NCBI GenBank assembly: GCA_002633005.1
Contig: NMRA01000194.1
Span: forward strand, 247,522-311,521
Direction of reading: 5' to 3'
Origin: Phoronis australis
Taxonomy: Eukaryota; Animalia; Phoronida
DNA length: 64,000 nt
Shown: in pieces, positions 1 through 13,711 of the stretch
Layout of the letters: every line of letters begins with the position of its first letter
How positions within the stretch are numbered: the stretch's first letter is position 1
Notes under the pieces: model-generated
What the model saw: the letters and a program-made list of their open reading frames with translations, nothing else
Told to the model about the DNA's origin: nothing
Databases searched by the model: none
Made by a program: the position numbers and the translations under genes

Positions 1-613
1 TAACATTTTACTGAAATCGTCTACGATAAATTTCCAGAATTTTTTTGCTGTCATTTCAGACCCTATTTTGTTGTGAACCGACCTAGTGTTTGCTGTGTCA
101 CGTGCTGCGTGACGTGAAACTAACTCATCCTTTCAAAGTACCCAAACAACACGGCTCACTCACTCATGAGCATGGCTCACACACCTGCAATCCCAGTTCA
201 CTAACTCACAAACATGGACACACACTCTTACAAACGTCACATTTTGATCATGACTAATTATTTCTTTACAAATTTATTGTATACCGTTATGTAAAAACAA
301 TGTTCATTCTGTACAAACTGTCGACACACCTTCACCATTGCTAAACATATAACATAACCTACATGCTGTCCAATGTTCAAGTTCAAACATATCCACAAGC
401 AAATTTAAAGCTGAAAAAGTATTGCCAACTTAATTTAATATGCACAACCTCTACATACATTCAAGTGGGTTGGCACTAATTCTTACTATTTTCGAAGAGA
501 AATTTGACAAGATGAAGTTTCCCACACCTCCACCACAAAAGTCCTGTCCACATACAGTCTCTCCCAGAACAAGATGCATTAGTTCAATTTACCCCACTTT
601 AAGTGGAGCGTCC

Positions 614-702
614 ACACACACGCGCATGTGCACGCGCATCCGCACACACATGCACGTACGCACACACACGCAAGCGCGCGCACGCACACGCACACGCACA
701 CA
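614..702. repeat. Compound (CA/CG)n microsatellite
   Basis: Alternating purine-pyrimidine run cacacacacgcgcatgtgcacgcgc...cacacgcacaca. Confidence 0.9.
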
Positions 703-1860
703 TCCAATTACTAGGATATGGCGGAAGCCGGTGCTCTGAACACCTAATGCGAATACAACACGCAAAAGAAAGCCTGTCTGAATCAAGGTACATAAACTAC
801 AAGGCTAACAGAATGCAAATCACCATGTCCGACGCACGTACCTGCAAACACCGTTCACTGACTTAACTTCATGGGATCGGACACACAAAACACCATTCAT
901 TCACCCATGAAACATGGCCACGGACTCACATCCACTTAGAAACATAACACACAGATCAAAATAGAGAAATCTCATTAGACTGAATGTCTGTTGAATAAAT
1001 ATAACCAGTTTATCACTGATCACAACGAAGTAGACTAAAAATTAACCCACAACCCTACTTTCACCAAAGCGTGCAAAACCATCGATATAAACATTGAACA
1101 CGATTTGCGCTTAATGACCTACCTCAATAAACCAGCTGACTGCTCATCAATTACAGAACGCAAATTAAGCCCGACAAAAGCTAATTTCGAAACGCGATAA
1201 CATAGAAACAATTTACAGTTTGCAAAAATGGCCACCGACCTGGTCAAAGCACCATGTTTCAACTGTCCAGGATCATCTAATCAACCCAATTTCCTGGTCC
1301 ATAGATCTGCGTCCATGGATTTTTTCTGAGTACGGTCTCCACAAGGAGATTCAACTGAGATAACGACCAATTATCGGCAACTCCCTTGAGAAGGTGTCAA
1401 AGTTCACCCACTTCCTGTCATGGCGCTAGTTGGGCCTTGAAGCGAGATGACAAGCGAAACTAGTCGTGTAAATGACCAATCAATGGAATGCTTTTCGATT
1501 AATTACCAATCATGTCTTGGACAACCTGTCTCCTATGCCATTGTTTAATGCTGAGACCTTGGCCGCAGGTGTTGAATTCTCACAAAGAGACAACATCCTG
1601 TATAGTAAGGTAGCCTATATACATCACGCCTCTAACCATGACCTAACATGAACACTCCAATCCAGATGTATGTGTACACTCAAAAATCAGCTTTCAGTAA
1701 ATTTCCCAATTCCACTCATTGTTTTGAGTCATCATCTTTAAATTCTGCGAACTATCAGCTACATATTTTGCAGTATACATAAGTACCCTAGATATTACAA
1801 ATGTAAAACTGAACGAAGTGGAATACCTTCCTGTGCATCTCTAGTCATCTTTTCTTATTA

Positions 1861-4279
1861 CCGTAATCGGTGGGGTTAACGCCCATGCTCAGTTAACCGC
1901 CCATCCCCGACTTTAAGTGGATTTTCGATTTAACCGCCCACTGCTCGGTTAACCGCCCCCCTGTGATTTTTGAAGATTTCCAGTTAAGCGCCCACCTCTC
2001 GGTTAAGCGCCCATCCCCGACCTTTAAAGAATGAAGAGTTAGCGCCTAGTGCTAAGGAAACGTGCGATTCCCCGACTTTTAGAAAAAGATCGATGATCAC
2101 AATGAGTGCAACGACGCCGGGACTCCCGAGACGGTGGTTTAGCAATCTGAATTACAATACAGGTAACGAGTTATTGTTTTGGGTCATGAACTCACTTCAA
2201 AATATAATGCTTGAACATTTTTGTCTCTATTTTCTTCCCTTGTTTGCAAAGTTTAAGAACGCCGCCGCCGTCAAAAACCTCCGCTTTCAGCGACTTTGTC
2301 TGCCGCGCTGAGTTTCCGTCTGCAGTACACTAGATAAAACATATATTCGAAAAAATCAGGCCAGAAAAATGTGACAAAGGTTTTGCCAACCCTCCAAATT
2401 CTATTAAGGTGGGAAGCTCTCGTAATTTGAACACATCTCACAACTCACGGAAAGATGTCAAATTCTCAATATTTTGATGAATATAACTGCCGGGTTATAG
2501 AGGATGTGGGGCGACCGAAGGGACAGTACAAGTTCCTTACTGGGTTACCGATTTCGTTGCTGCCTGTCGATTTCTGAATTCAAACGTTGGCAATAATGTA
2601 TGTTTGTGTATGATCTTGAAGTAATAAAAAACGGCTAGTCAAATTTTGTTTTTCGCTTATTGCATCTCAGTCAAACTGGTTAGCAGATTTAACTAATGTC
2701 GCTTGCTATTCTTTACTATTCTTGCGTCAGTCTGCACGTAAGCGTGACTGTGAATTATCATTTCCACATCCCCTTTTTAGCCATCCAGAATAATTTTGTT
2801 TATACATTGGCCATTTTCAGCCTGAACAAAAATTCTTACCATTCGAGTCTGAAATATCTACGACGTAGACTGCTTGACGATAGTGGATAGGAGATTCACA
2901 CAGCTAGTTACAGGGATGGGCTTAGGGAGCATCGAGCCGGGAAATATGGCAATAGACTTGACATCGCAGTTTTGGGGAACATTGGCAACGGAGGAATATC
3001 GTAAGGAACTGGGTCTTTCCTAACAACAGCTAAAAGCACATAGTCACGCCCGTTTTTGTTACTTCGGACTGTCGCTATGTGTGACTGATTTGCAGTGGTG
3101 CACGTGCGCAAGTTCCCACACCTTGGAGTGCATGTTACCTTGACACCAACATGTGATTGACAGGTGACTCACACGTAGGCCCTACGTGCGTGCTGAATAC
3201 CGCCACTATCTTTGGCCATAAAAAACGAGATGCATATTGAAAGAGGCCGTTATATTACTTGACGGCATTTCCAAGTCACGATTGTCAGCCGACTGAGACA
3301 TTGCGCGATAACAGCGGGACCGAACAGTGCCGCAGTGCGATATTACAAGTGATATAAATAGGATAATCTGGACATCTTGCATGAAAAATAAATGTTTTTC
3401 CACCACGAAGTTTGGTAAGGTGATCGTTTAGAATAATGAATTGAAACATTGCTGTTTTCTGACATTTTGTAACATATTTATGCAGTTGCTTGAAATTTTA
3501 TTCTTGATCGACGACTGGCTCGACCACCCCCGATCCTTGTCTTACTTCTTTGCATAGCATGTTTGGCGCAACGGCAAGAGAGCAAGGCCGGGCTGTCGAG
3601 ATAAGACAGCTAGCCGCAGAACCATACGCTGAAAATGTCATTGAGTCACGGAGTGTCGACTATAACATCCCAAACACAAAAAAAAACAGAGTTAAGTTTT
3701 TCAAACTTTTATTACAACCAATTTTAAAACTGCTCTCTGACTCAGAACTTGACAGCTACATATAGTACGAGACTGTAACCATAAATTTGATGTCTGACCT
3801 CTGCAACACGTGAAGCTTGCACGCGCGCACTTAAGCAGGGTCACATCTTGAAACAGTTTTAATTCTAGTGGAGGCTGCGTGGTGACTGGTCGTCTGCGCA
3901 CCGCAGGACGGCACGGGGCTATTACTCAGCAATTTTGTAAATTTAATAGTGAATGACTAATCTGAGGGCAAGAGAACCTTTGTTGGGATCATCCGCTGTT
4001 ATGACGTTTTCACAGTCATTTGGCGACGTGACGATAAAGCTCTTTGAAAAGGGCTACGCGTTCCGAGTATGATTGTCGTGTCGGGATTTAGATCGCCAGG
4101 TAAGATTAACCGCCCAGGGCGGTTGTCTGTCGTAATAAGCGCCCATGTTCGGTTAACCGCCCATCCCCTACTTTAGGTGGATTTTCGATTTAACCGCCCA
4201 CTGCTCGGTTAACCGCCCTCCCCCGATTTTTTTAATTCGCCAATTTAACCGCCCAGGGCATTAACCCGAACGATTACGG
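1861..4279. mobile_element. Non-autonomous TIR DNA transposon, Tc1/mariner-pogo-like
   Basis: TA|CCGTAATCGGTGGGGTTAACGCCC ... GGGCATTAACCCGAACGATTACGG|TA. Many subterminal TTAA(C/G)CGCCC motifs. Block about 1881-1965 repeated directly at about 4140-4225. No transposase ORF. Related end fragment at about 60160-60245. Confidence 0.85.
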
Positions 4280-4479
4280 TAATTCTACATAAACGGTTTT
4301 ATTTTCATTACATTCTGTGCAGATATGGAATTAACGAGTTACTGCCTGGTCTGTATAAAGTCTCTTGTCTAAATCCACCAAGAACTATCGTCATGGAGAA
4401 ATATTTGGTCAACGGCAATCCAAGAGTCTTGTCTAGTGCACACAGTACACTGATACTGTATATGACCAAAGGAGTCACT

Positions 4480-4600
4480 ACTTCCTCGCCACAATGTCGC
4501 ATTAAGGGGGCATTTTCGGCAAGAAAAGTAATTTTACAGTAGGGTGGATTTGAACCCACCAGCTCCACAGTACAATGCTGAATTCTCTGCCACTGATGAA
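4480..4600 (-). mobile_element. Degenerate tRNA-derived SINE head
   Basis: Minus strand reads tcagtggcagag...ggtGGGTTCAAATCCaccc (A-box remnant and B box). Extent approximate. Confidence 0.4.
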
Positions 4601-7269
4601 ATCTCATGTCGTAAATACCAGAGTAGTTTAAGCACATTTAAATGAGAAAGACACTGGCTCTGACTTTTAAAAATATCTGAAAGACACAATGGCCCGAACT
4701 GGCGATTTGTAATCAAAACCAGAAAAATGCAACGGGTTAAGTTGTTTAACAGCTTTGGTCAAACCTTAACCCATGTAGTGATAATCCCAAAAATGTGATT
4801 TTGGCCATAAACCATCAAATAAGAAAGGCTTCTCTAAGCTCAGACAAACCAGAACAAACACTTATGGAAATCAGGACGAACTATGAAAAGTATGCAAGTC
4901 GACAGACATTCATACAACATAGCAAAGATGGAATCGCAAGTTGCACAAGTTGCACCGTTTAGAAAACATGGAAGACCAGAATCAATGTTTAATGTTTCTG
5001 CCGCGTTTCATTTCCTTGCAGTTAATTGCAAGCCAGAAATTTAATCACAGAGTCAATAGTTATAGGGAAACAGCGCAGTAAGTGATATTGGATTCACTTC
5101 CTCTTTAACAAAACAAACTTCGTCACCTGAATTTGAGAGAGACACAGAGCACGCATGAGTACAGTGCATTCTGGGACATTAGAAAGTTTGGTAAACATCA
5201 TTATAAGACATTTTTTAAACATTGAAAGAGCAATGTGAGCGAACTTAAATTTCTTTTTAAATTACACAATGCAATGCAAAATGGAGTAAAAAACGCAAAG
5301 CCACACAATTTGTAAAACATCACAAAACATCTCCATCAGCATATTTTGTGATTTATTAACCAATCGCCAAAATCATGTAGAGTTCAACTGAGACAAGGTG
5401 GTATAAACTAACACAAGAAACAGACCGTGTTCACACCAAGCCAATGATGCAAGCAGTCTAACGAATAGAGCACAATTATTACATCGCTTAATTTCACATA
5501 TCTCTGCTTACCAACACCTACCCATGATTCCATAAGCACTGTATAACAAACCGAAATGCATAATATATATGTCTCTATCTTACACAGCAAAACAATCCTT
5601 GATAATGCAGTCAACAGAAAAGGCCAAGTCAACTCATGCGATTGGTCTAGACGGATACACACAACCTCACCACCAGCCAATCACGTCTCACACTTTCATG
5701 ACACGTTTTCTCTAGTTTTCAAGTAATAGCTGTCAAATTAATGCATCAGAAAAAAAACCCATTAAACAGCAGATATGATTAATCAGTATTTGTGGTATAC
5801 TAGGAAAGTAAACAGTTATGCAATACTTCAGCGGGCACAGGGAAAACTGGATCAGTGGGTCATGCTAATAGGAACAAACAAAATCTATATAAATAATAAT
5901 AATACATATATTAGCAAATACTGACAAAGCAGAATAGTAAAGCAATATCAAACCAATGTAAACATAAACAAAACATCATTAATACATCAGAATACAGGGT
6001 GATTATGGTTATGAAGGGCCTTAGAAAAATGGCTAAATTTGGCTAGCTTCGGAAAAATCATATCTCAGAAATGGCTAATCAGCTTCATATGAACTTTCAG
6101 ATCTTACTATGCCTCACCACTGTTCTCCAAAATGCAGTTAGGAATCGCTTTAAATGATCCCTCGTACATGAGAGGCAGTCATAAACAACTTTTGTATAAT
6201 TATGAAAAAGTGGCATGAAATGAAAACGAAATGATAATTCAAAAATCATAACAGTGTTTTAGCAACTGATAATTTACATCAAATGAAATTTAGTCAATTT
6301 ATTAATACTGTTGTTTTGCTATGAATGTATCTTTGTTTTTCGCTACATTTTACTAAAAAACATGGTCACTAGACCCAATCAATGGCCCATAGGTATATCA
6401 AAATTAAAATCTAGAGGGTTTCTGCTTTCACAAAATACAGTACATACTTTTCTTGAGCTCAATTCCACAGTTTTGTAGATATTTATCAGCATGGACCTAC
6501 CTACACAACCATAAAAAAGACTGCAAGCGGAGCGGTATGGTGCAGTGCAGTGTGGTGCCAAGATTCCATCAGACGTGTGCAGGCCAAAGCAATGTGTTCA
6601 TTGCATAGCGTGATGATAGGTCTAAGGCTCTGACTTTTAAACCAAGGACTTCTTCCATTTTAGAGGTTCGTGTTCGCGTGTACACAACAGCTTTCAAGCT
6701 TTAATGAGCTGGTAGTTCCCATTAACAATTTACTCACAGAATGTTAAATTCATGTGCTCTGCTGGCCAACTGTTCTTCAGTCAAATAAGTTTAGAAAGTT
6801 CATAACAACTAATTAGCCCAGAATCCAGCAGTAATCCAATTAACTTATGGGTAGTTCAGGTGTAATACTTGAGATGAAAGAAACGCTGAAGAGCTAGAAG
6901 TCGTTAACTTTCATACAGCTCACTTGCTTTAATTGAACTCAAGCACTTGAGATTTTTAAGTGTGTCGATCATACTCAGTAAAAGAGTGGAGAATATGATT
7001 TAAACAACAGCTGTACGCAACAAACAAGCCAAACACCATACCAGTATCTTTGACCATACCCAGACTAGTTAAAGGAGTATGAAACGACCAACTCGAAAAT
7101 CAAGGGTGTGTATTAACGGAGTGTGGATATTCATCTTAAAAGTCAACATGGGCGAAAAAGTTAAATTCTGTGAAATCTCACCGATTTAGGACACCATATC
7201 GCGGACAAGTGAAGTTTCGTTTTCTCAATTTTATGCAAAATATGTACTGTAGCACCAAATGGACGTTTT

Positions 7270-7515
7270 AAAGGAGGCAGTGTGGCCTGGTTGATAAGTG
7301 CCCGCTTTCTTTACCCGAGGTCGTGGGTTTGAGTCCCACCAGGTTACACTGCTAAACCCTTGAGCTAGGTTTCTAGCGCCTCAGCTCGGTTTTAACCATA
7401 CATTAATGAAGCATAAAAAATATTTCCAGGTGATCAGTGCAATGGGCCCACATACGAGGCCAGCGCACATCTGGTACGTGTATCAGACCGCCTGCAATTA
7501 TTTTTTATATTTATA
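7270..7515 (+). mobile_element. tRNA-derived SINE with 13-bp target-site duplication
   Basis: A box TGGCCTGGTTGA, B box GGTTTGAGTCCC, AT-rich tail. TSD AAATGGACGTTTT at 7257-7269 and 7516-7528. Confidence 0.85.
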
Positions 7516-8351
7516 AAATGGACGTTTTTCATGTTAAAATTTGCATCACAGCTAGCTACCATTAGACAATGTTTTGAAAATTTATGGGCACATGCAGCTA
7601 TGTTAGCAGCATTTGAAAATGAAACGTGGCAATTTTGGCCATTACTTTCGTCTGAATATGATGAGATTTTGCCGTAATCAGCCCCAACGATGTGCGACTC
7701 CCAACATTCGTAGGCTGCTGAACCTCTACCCTATCCACAAGCTCACTGTGCCCGACATGTAATTTTAGAGTTCGGGCAAGATGCTCACACAGAACATACC
7801 CTGGTAAACGTTTCCTCCCAAGAACTGTATAAGTTTGCAGTTACAATTATTAGGTTATCGGGTTTTCCAAGCGGATTTGACCATTAGCGAAAACAATTTT
7901 GAATAATTAGGCCGATTGGGAGAGATCATCCAAAAAATTCGAGACTTTGCGAGGAATTAAATCGGTTAATTAGTCTAACACAGGAAACATTAAAAGCTTA
8001 AAAACAATTTTAGATTTACTTTTAAAATCAATCAAATGTAAGCATGAATGTTGAGTTATTTCTTGAAAACGAGAGAGCAATGCAAACCCCTGTGGCTATC
8101 TCAACGAGCAATCTTGACATTTCTAAAAATGTTCCACTCATCTCCCACGGCAGAACAGCCTCATGGTTTTGAGTAGTGTCTACACGATCAGTTTGAAAGG
8201 TTATGGTCTAGGACAGAAATTAAAATCAAAACTTACGTTCGCAGCGAACACAGGTGGATTCAAAAATGGATTTGTTAACTTAAGTGCTATCAGAGTTATC
8301 AATAGGTGTCACTGTCAATAACGACTCATTTTAATATTTAATATTTAAGTA

Positions 8352-9782
8352 CCGTATTTTCCACAACAAGCGCCCACTCCCCCGCCCATGAACGTCTACA
8401 TGCAAAAAATGACTTACATACAATCCTAAAATTCTACAGTCTTCAATTTATCAACAAGATTCGGCAGTCCTGAAAAGATCGTTGCGGGTGGAATTTCTAG
8501 ACCACCAGCCTCGTCGCTATGTCGGTACGTAGCTGTGACTCCACACTTCTAACTTCCGACGCGCTTCAAAAACAACACAGGTTTTGCTGATCTCACCAGG
8601 AACCTCTCCCTCAACTATAGTCTGGCCTTTCAGAACAGACACAGCGTACTTGTCAATGGGATTGAGTCTCACGTACAAAAACTTTTGCGTTATTTTTAAG
8701 AGGAATCGATACATAAATCTCAACAAGATTCCAAATTTCATAGTACACGTGAAGACCGTGAATCGAAGCGTGCCAGTCAGATGATGAGCACGTGGCCAGG
8801 AAGCATGCGATACATACCTGTCATTGCAAACATTAGTCTTCGGGAACGATCTATTTATGAAACAACGGGGAGCACAGCATCAGCAAGACAAAAATATTGG
8901 CACAAATTTCCAAAAATTTCTAATACCATACAAAAAACTTTGTGTATTTTTGTCAGAAATCATTTAATTAATCATGATATCTAATTGACCATAATTGGTG
9001 TTTTTAAGTACCTTATAATAGTGAGCATCTCCGCACCTGAATCTCCAGGAACTTAAATAATTGTCAGACTGTCACACATCCAGTCACCCGCCGACTCAGT
9101 GACATTGGTATATTCAGTCTTACCGAGACAATCTCAAACGTTTTACTAGTAGATGAGACCAGTTAGGGCTAAATAAAACATGTTCTGCTTTACTGATTAT
9201 GTTAATTTCTTTAGTTAAACGCACACTGAGATCGTTACATGTGTTTACAATGGCAAATGAACACTGGTGACATGCACGCGCTCGCTCACACACACGCGTA
9301 CACAACCTTCAAAACAAACGTCTTGAGATTTTTCTCGTGTTGCGGGGTACAATCTTGTGCAGATTTGGAGTTAACCTGCAGTTAATCCCGACTAGACAGG
9401 AACTTAAAAATTTAGGTACACTATTTGGAAAACTTTAAGCGATGATTTCAGGTAATTTGTTGAGTCAAAACTGTATTTTTATTCATGCTGCCATATCGAC
9501 GATCGCGAGACAGTGACACATCGGCGAGTTTTTGCCCTGGTATTTCAGCACAATATTCTGTAAAATGATCGTAATGTAACAATGAAGTTTGATAGGAATG
9601 CACCACAGTTTTGTAGAAAGTCTCCCATAGATTACAGATACGTGACAGAGCATATATCTGAAGAATCCTAGCTTCCGATTTCACCCGTTTCGGAGACCGG
9701 GTTTCTACCGCCTTAGGTTTCAATAAGCAACCCCCTGCAACGAATTTTTCTAAGCGCCCAGGCGATTATTAGAGAAATACGG
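8352..9782. mobile_element. TA-flanked CCGTA-ended TIR element carrying a HIRAN-like pseudogene
   Basis: TA|CCGTATTTTCCACAACAAGCGCC ... GGCGATTATTAGAGAAATACGG|TA. Partial homologous copy at about 62133-62835. Confidence 0.8.
8426..8780 (-). pseudogene. Frameshifted stand-alone HIRAN-like domain
   Basis: Stitched frames give ASIHGLHVYYEIWNLVE / NPIDKYAVSVLKGQTIVEGEVPGEISKTC / VTATYRHSDEAGGLEIPPATIFSGLPNLVDKLK*. This matches the pattern SxRGYHVY..W...N..D.YAV.V....VG.VP..IS....GGLEIP that I recall for invertebrate HIRAN-like proteins. Confidence 0.7.
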
Positions 9783-12603
9783 TATTCATAATATGACTCC
9801 ACAGTTTCGTATACCACCTAGAATACCTAATTCGTTAGAGTAAACAAACGAATTCATATGCGTTTCCCCATCTAAGCGGACAGAAGAGTAAGACCTGTTA
9901 AAACTGATATTTTCTAAAGATATAGATTGTGTTCAGTTATAAAATGGTTGCGATTGATATATACGGTAAAGTCGCGTGATTTTCGGACACTGAAAATTAA
10001 TTCCAATAGAAAAAATTCATTCTTGGACGAATCTCGCGAAACATCATTTCTGTGGTGTCCGAATTTGGCGGACCTCCAAATTTGGGTTTCCGCTGGTGTC
10101 CGAATTTCGTGAGTGTACATTATTTCGATGAGCGGTCGTAGTATCAACATTGCTGGCTCGTTCANAATTTTACCCAACAATGTATTGTTTGTTAGGTAAA
10201 ATGGCGGCTTGGAAAGAAAGGCGTGACAAGAATGCTGTGGTCTGATTGGTCAGTTAAGCCGACACTCAAAATTGTGTCAATAGGACAATTATGCCATTCC
10301 CAACATATTCAGGATTGTCACTAACTCAATCTTCTTCCTCAGAACACTATATACTCATTTTTGTACTGTACTATATAATGCCAATGTTGTCGATAAAAAT
10401 CCAGTAATTCGCTAGGTTGGCTATGTGTCCACAAGTTCACCCCAGAGTCAGTATTGATAATGTTAATTATTCCTGGCTGCAAAGTAAAAACAAGTCCAGC
10501 AAAGTCAAGATCGAGGGACAAAACGGAACTTCATGAATCATCTGGAAGATTCGACGTTCAAACAGCCTCGCAGAATTCATGAACTGATTGCATAATTGCG
10601 TTTTTGCCAATTACTCGCTATTTTAAGAAAAAACTGCTACCCATGGAGCTCAATGTAAAAATTGGCTTGTTTCCTCTGCCCACTTCATTTCATTTACGGT
10701 TAGTTCATACACATATAATTGCCAGAAATTCTCCTGTTCATTTTGTGGTTCTACACTGTTGTGAATGTCTAGAATTTTTCCAAATATTGTCTGATGGCAG
10801 CTCCGCTACAGAGTAGAAAATAGTAAAGCCCTCCTAGGCTACTACTTGATGTTCGGGAAAAAATAAGAAAATAACGTTCAAATTATGTGCTATGTTGTGC
10901 TCTCCACTGCTCAGATTTTATTATTTAATTATCCAAACAAAGATACCATTCTTGATACCTAAAAAGTATGTACCATATACATAATGTTTTTCGCTGTGCC
11001 ATTTTCCAATATCTTAGATCAATCAAAAATCGTTAATTATCAACGCCAGTTTGAGAAGTTCAATTAACTCAAGTTCGCAGTGCACATCGACGATTCTCTT
11101 GTGCCATCGCTACCATGGTCTGTCAATAACATCGCACAGTCTTCAAATAAAACATAGGCAAATACACAGTGCACTGATTAGCTTGCGTACAGGCAAGCAA
11201 ACGGCATGTTTCAGGACCTCAAATTCTTGGTGGATACATTCACAGACACAGTCACTTTTAAGGTCTGACGACCAGCATACAACAAAAACATGGTAATAGG
11301 GCTCAAACTGAAAGTGAGCATTAGAAGTACCACAATACACATAGCTCGCAGCACTTGCAGGTCTAAAAGACAAAAGTAATCATGCATTCAATGACTCCCC
11401 CTCCAGGAATATTAGTTTTTGGTGAAGACAAACCTTCATCAAAGGGACATCCTCAATCGTAATGACAGAAAAAAACAGAAAATTCTGTTCTGGTTTTAAA
11501 AACAGCAACTCTCTTCAAAGGCATATTCGTTCTTTCAAAGCAACACCATTGCGTTCTTATCCTTTGAATTTAAATTGGTTACAAAAAAATCCTCTTGAAT
11601 TCTCCAAGCTGCCACACTGACTTAGTGAGAGAGACTGACCCCCGTGACAACAGTTCTCAAGAAAAGAATTCATTTCAGATCAGCGTAATGAGCGAGACGA
11701 GACCGCTTGTACAACACTAAATGGTCCAAGTCAGAAGTCGACTTAAACGAGCGACATGGATTAATTGTCCCTGACACTGTATTATAGCTGCCAGTTGAAA
11801 AATTGGTTTGCTATAATTGACATGAAATTGATAAGTAGTTTCAAAGCGTGTACAATTATAATAACCGAATTGCACATAATCATTAATATTGGTACTATTG
11901 AATACCAATAAAATTTACGGAAAACCTAGTAGAGAACAGGCGCAGCAGGACTCACTGACCAATTCTATCCATTCATCAGCATCATTGGTACAGATATCAC
12001 ACAAATAATTCATCAGATGACATGTACAAAAATGGCAATATGGCTGACAGTGTTGATTCACTATGATTCAGATAACCCTGCAGATTTCAAGACAAGCTAT
12101 TNATCCCACGTGACTTCCTTTCACATAGATGACCTTTGACCTAGGAGCCTCAAAACGGGGCGTCTAAATGACTTACTATACTACTAACACCATTGCGTTC
12201 TTATCCTTTGAATTCAAATTGGTTACAAAAAAATCCTCTTGAATTCTCCAAGCTGCCACACTGACTTAGTGACAGAGACTGACCCCCGTGACAACAGTTC
12301 TCAAGAAAAGAATTCATTTCAGATCAGCGTAATGAGCGAGACGAGACCGCTTGTACAACACTAAATGGTCCAAGTCAGAAGTCGACTTAAACGAGCGACA
12401 TGGATTAATTGTCCCTGACACTGTATTATAGCTGCCAGTTGAAAAATTGGTTTGCTATAATTGACATGAAATTGATAAGTAGTTTCAAAGCGTGTACAAT
12501 TATAATAACCGAATTGCACATAATCATTAATATTGGTACTATTGAATACCAATAAAATTTACGGAAAACCTAGTAGAGAACAGGCGCAGCAGGACTCACT
12601 GAC

Positions 12604-12657
12604 CAATTCTATCCATTCATCAGCATCATTGGTACAGATATCACACAAATAATTCAT
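12604..12657 (-). CDS. Candidate alternative first exon MNYLCDICTNDADEWIEL (second copy at 11960-12013 from an assembly overlap)
   Basis: ATG, 18 open codons, donor TTG|gtcagt in phase 0. Could be chance. Confidence 0.3.
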
Positions 12658-13556
12658 CAGATGACATGTACAAAAATGGCAATATGGCTGACAGTGTTGA
12701 TTCACTATAATTCAGTTAACCCAGCAGATTTCAAGACAAGCTATTAATCACAGCCTTGTCGTTTCACACTTATTAAGAGTTTTTTATTGTCAATGCATTC
12801 TAGACCAAACCAGCAATCACAACTTGGCACGCAACAAAGATTCTTGTACGCCAAACGGAAAAGTGTACAAGACACAAGATGGATTAGTTGTAACTTGTTA
12901 GTCATTTCAAGCCAACTAGTACAGCTCTATCACTAACTCATTACATTAGGTTTGTAAACCTATACTAATCACAGTCAAGTATATTTCATGGGAAGAAAGT
13001 AAACTGCGAAGTAAACACGCAGTCTTGTGATTCTTAAGTTATTTCGCAGAAATGAGATTGACAAATTTGTACGCGATCCGGAAGCTGAGGTGAACACATG
13101 AAGGTGTCAAAATTTCTAATCTGTTGTCTATCATCTTTAGATGTAGTAAGATACGGTAGACTAAGTCAAAAGATTAGAAGGGGCTATGAAATGAAAAAGA
13201 ACACTAAATCAAAAGAAAAATAGGTAGAAATTTGCTTCATTGCCAACATTCAGTGGTACAAAGTTTCATCAACACTACTGTCCCTTGACGACCATGTGTA
13301 AGTGACCTGGGTACAACAGTAACAGGAACACACGTCAGCAGTTTTGAGACAACTCATTGCCACAGAATACGAATCTTTTAAGCGTTAACATTACTAGCAC
13401 TTTCGCTGCTAGAAAAGTTACTGACAAAAATGCTACTGTTTTGGCCAGTTTCTGAATGTGGTACAACACAAGGAAAAACAAAGTAGAATAAAACAAAAAA
13501 GGCCCAACCCCCCCATAAAATCACAGGTATGACAGATCAGCAAACGCATGGCCTAC

Positions 13557-13571
13557 CTTAATCAGAAGCAT
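13557..13571 (-). CDS. Candidate short alternative first exon MLLIK
   Basis: ccATGCTTCTGATTAAG|gtaggc, phase 0 with a good donor. Very short, could be chance. Confidence 0.25.
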
Positions 13572-13711
13572 GGATGAGATACTGAAGTTCAAACAAAGAC
13601 TTCCTAATTAATTACACGCGAACGTGATGTATAGCTTGTTTAACATAATCACACGGCAGATGCCAGCAGGATAACTAGGTGGCTAACATTTTCATGGTGT
13701 ACATTAATGTA

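Noticed and set aside
440-866. Overlapping RTH/CVR-rich ORFs
   Set aside because: Produced by a CA/CG microsatellite.
7273-7345. tRNA gene
   Set aside because: A and B boxes are present but there is no convincing cloverleaf; body, tail and TSD indicate a SINE.
11543-12745. About 560-bp near-perfect tandem duplication (offset 644) giving identical 63-aa ORFs
   Set aside because: The first copy ends at a single-N join (12102) and differs by a few SNPs, so it is most likely unmerged allelic contig overlap.
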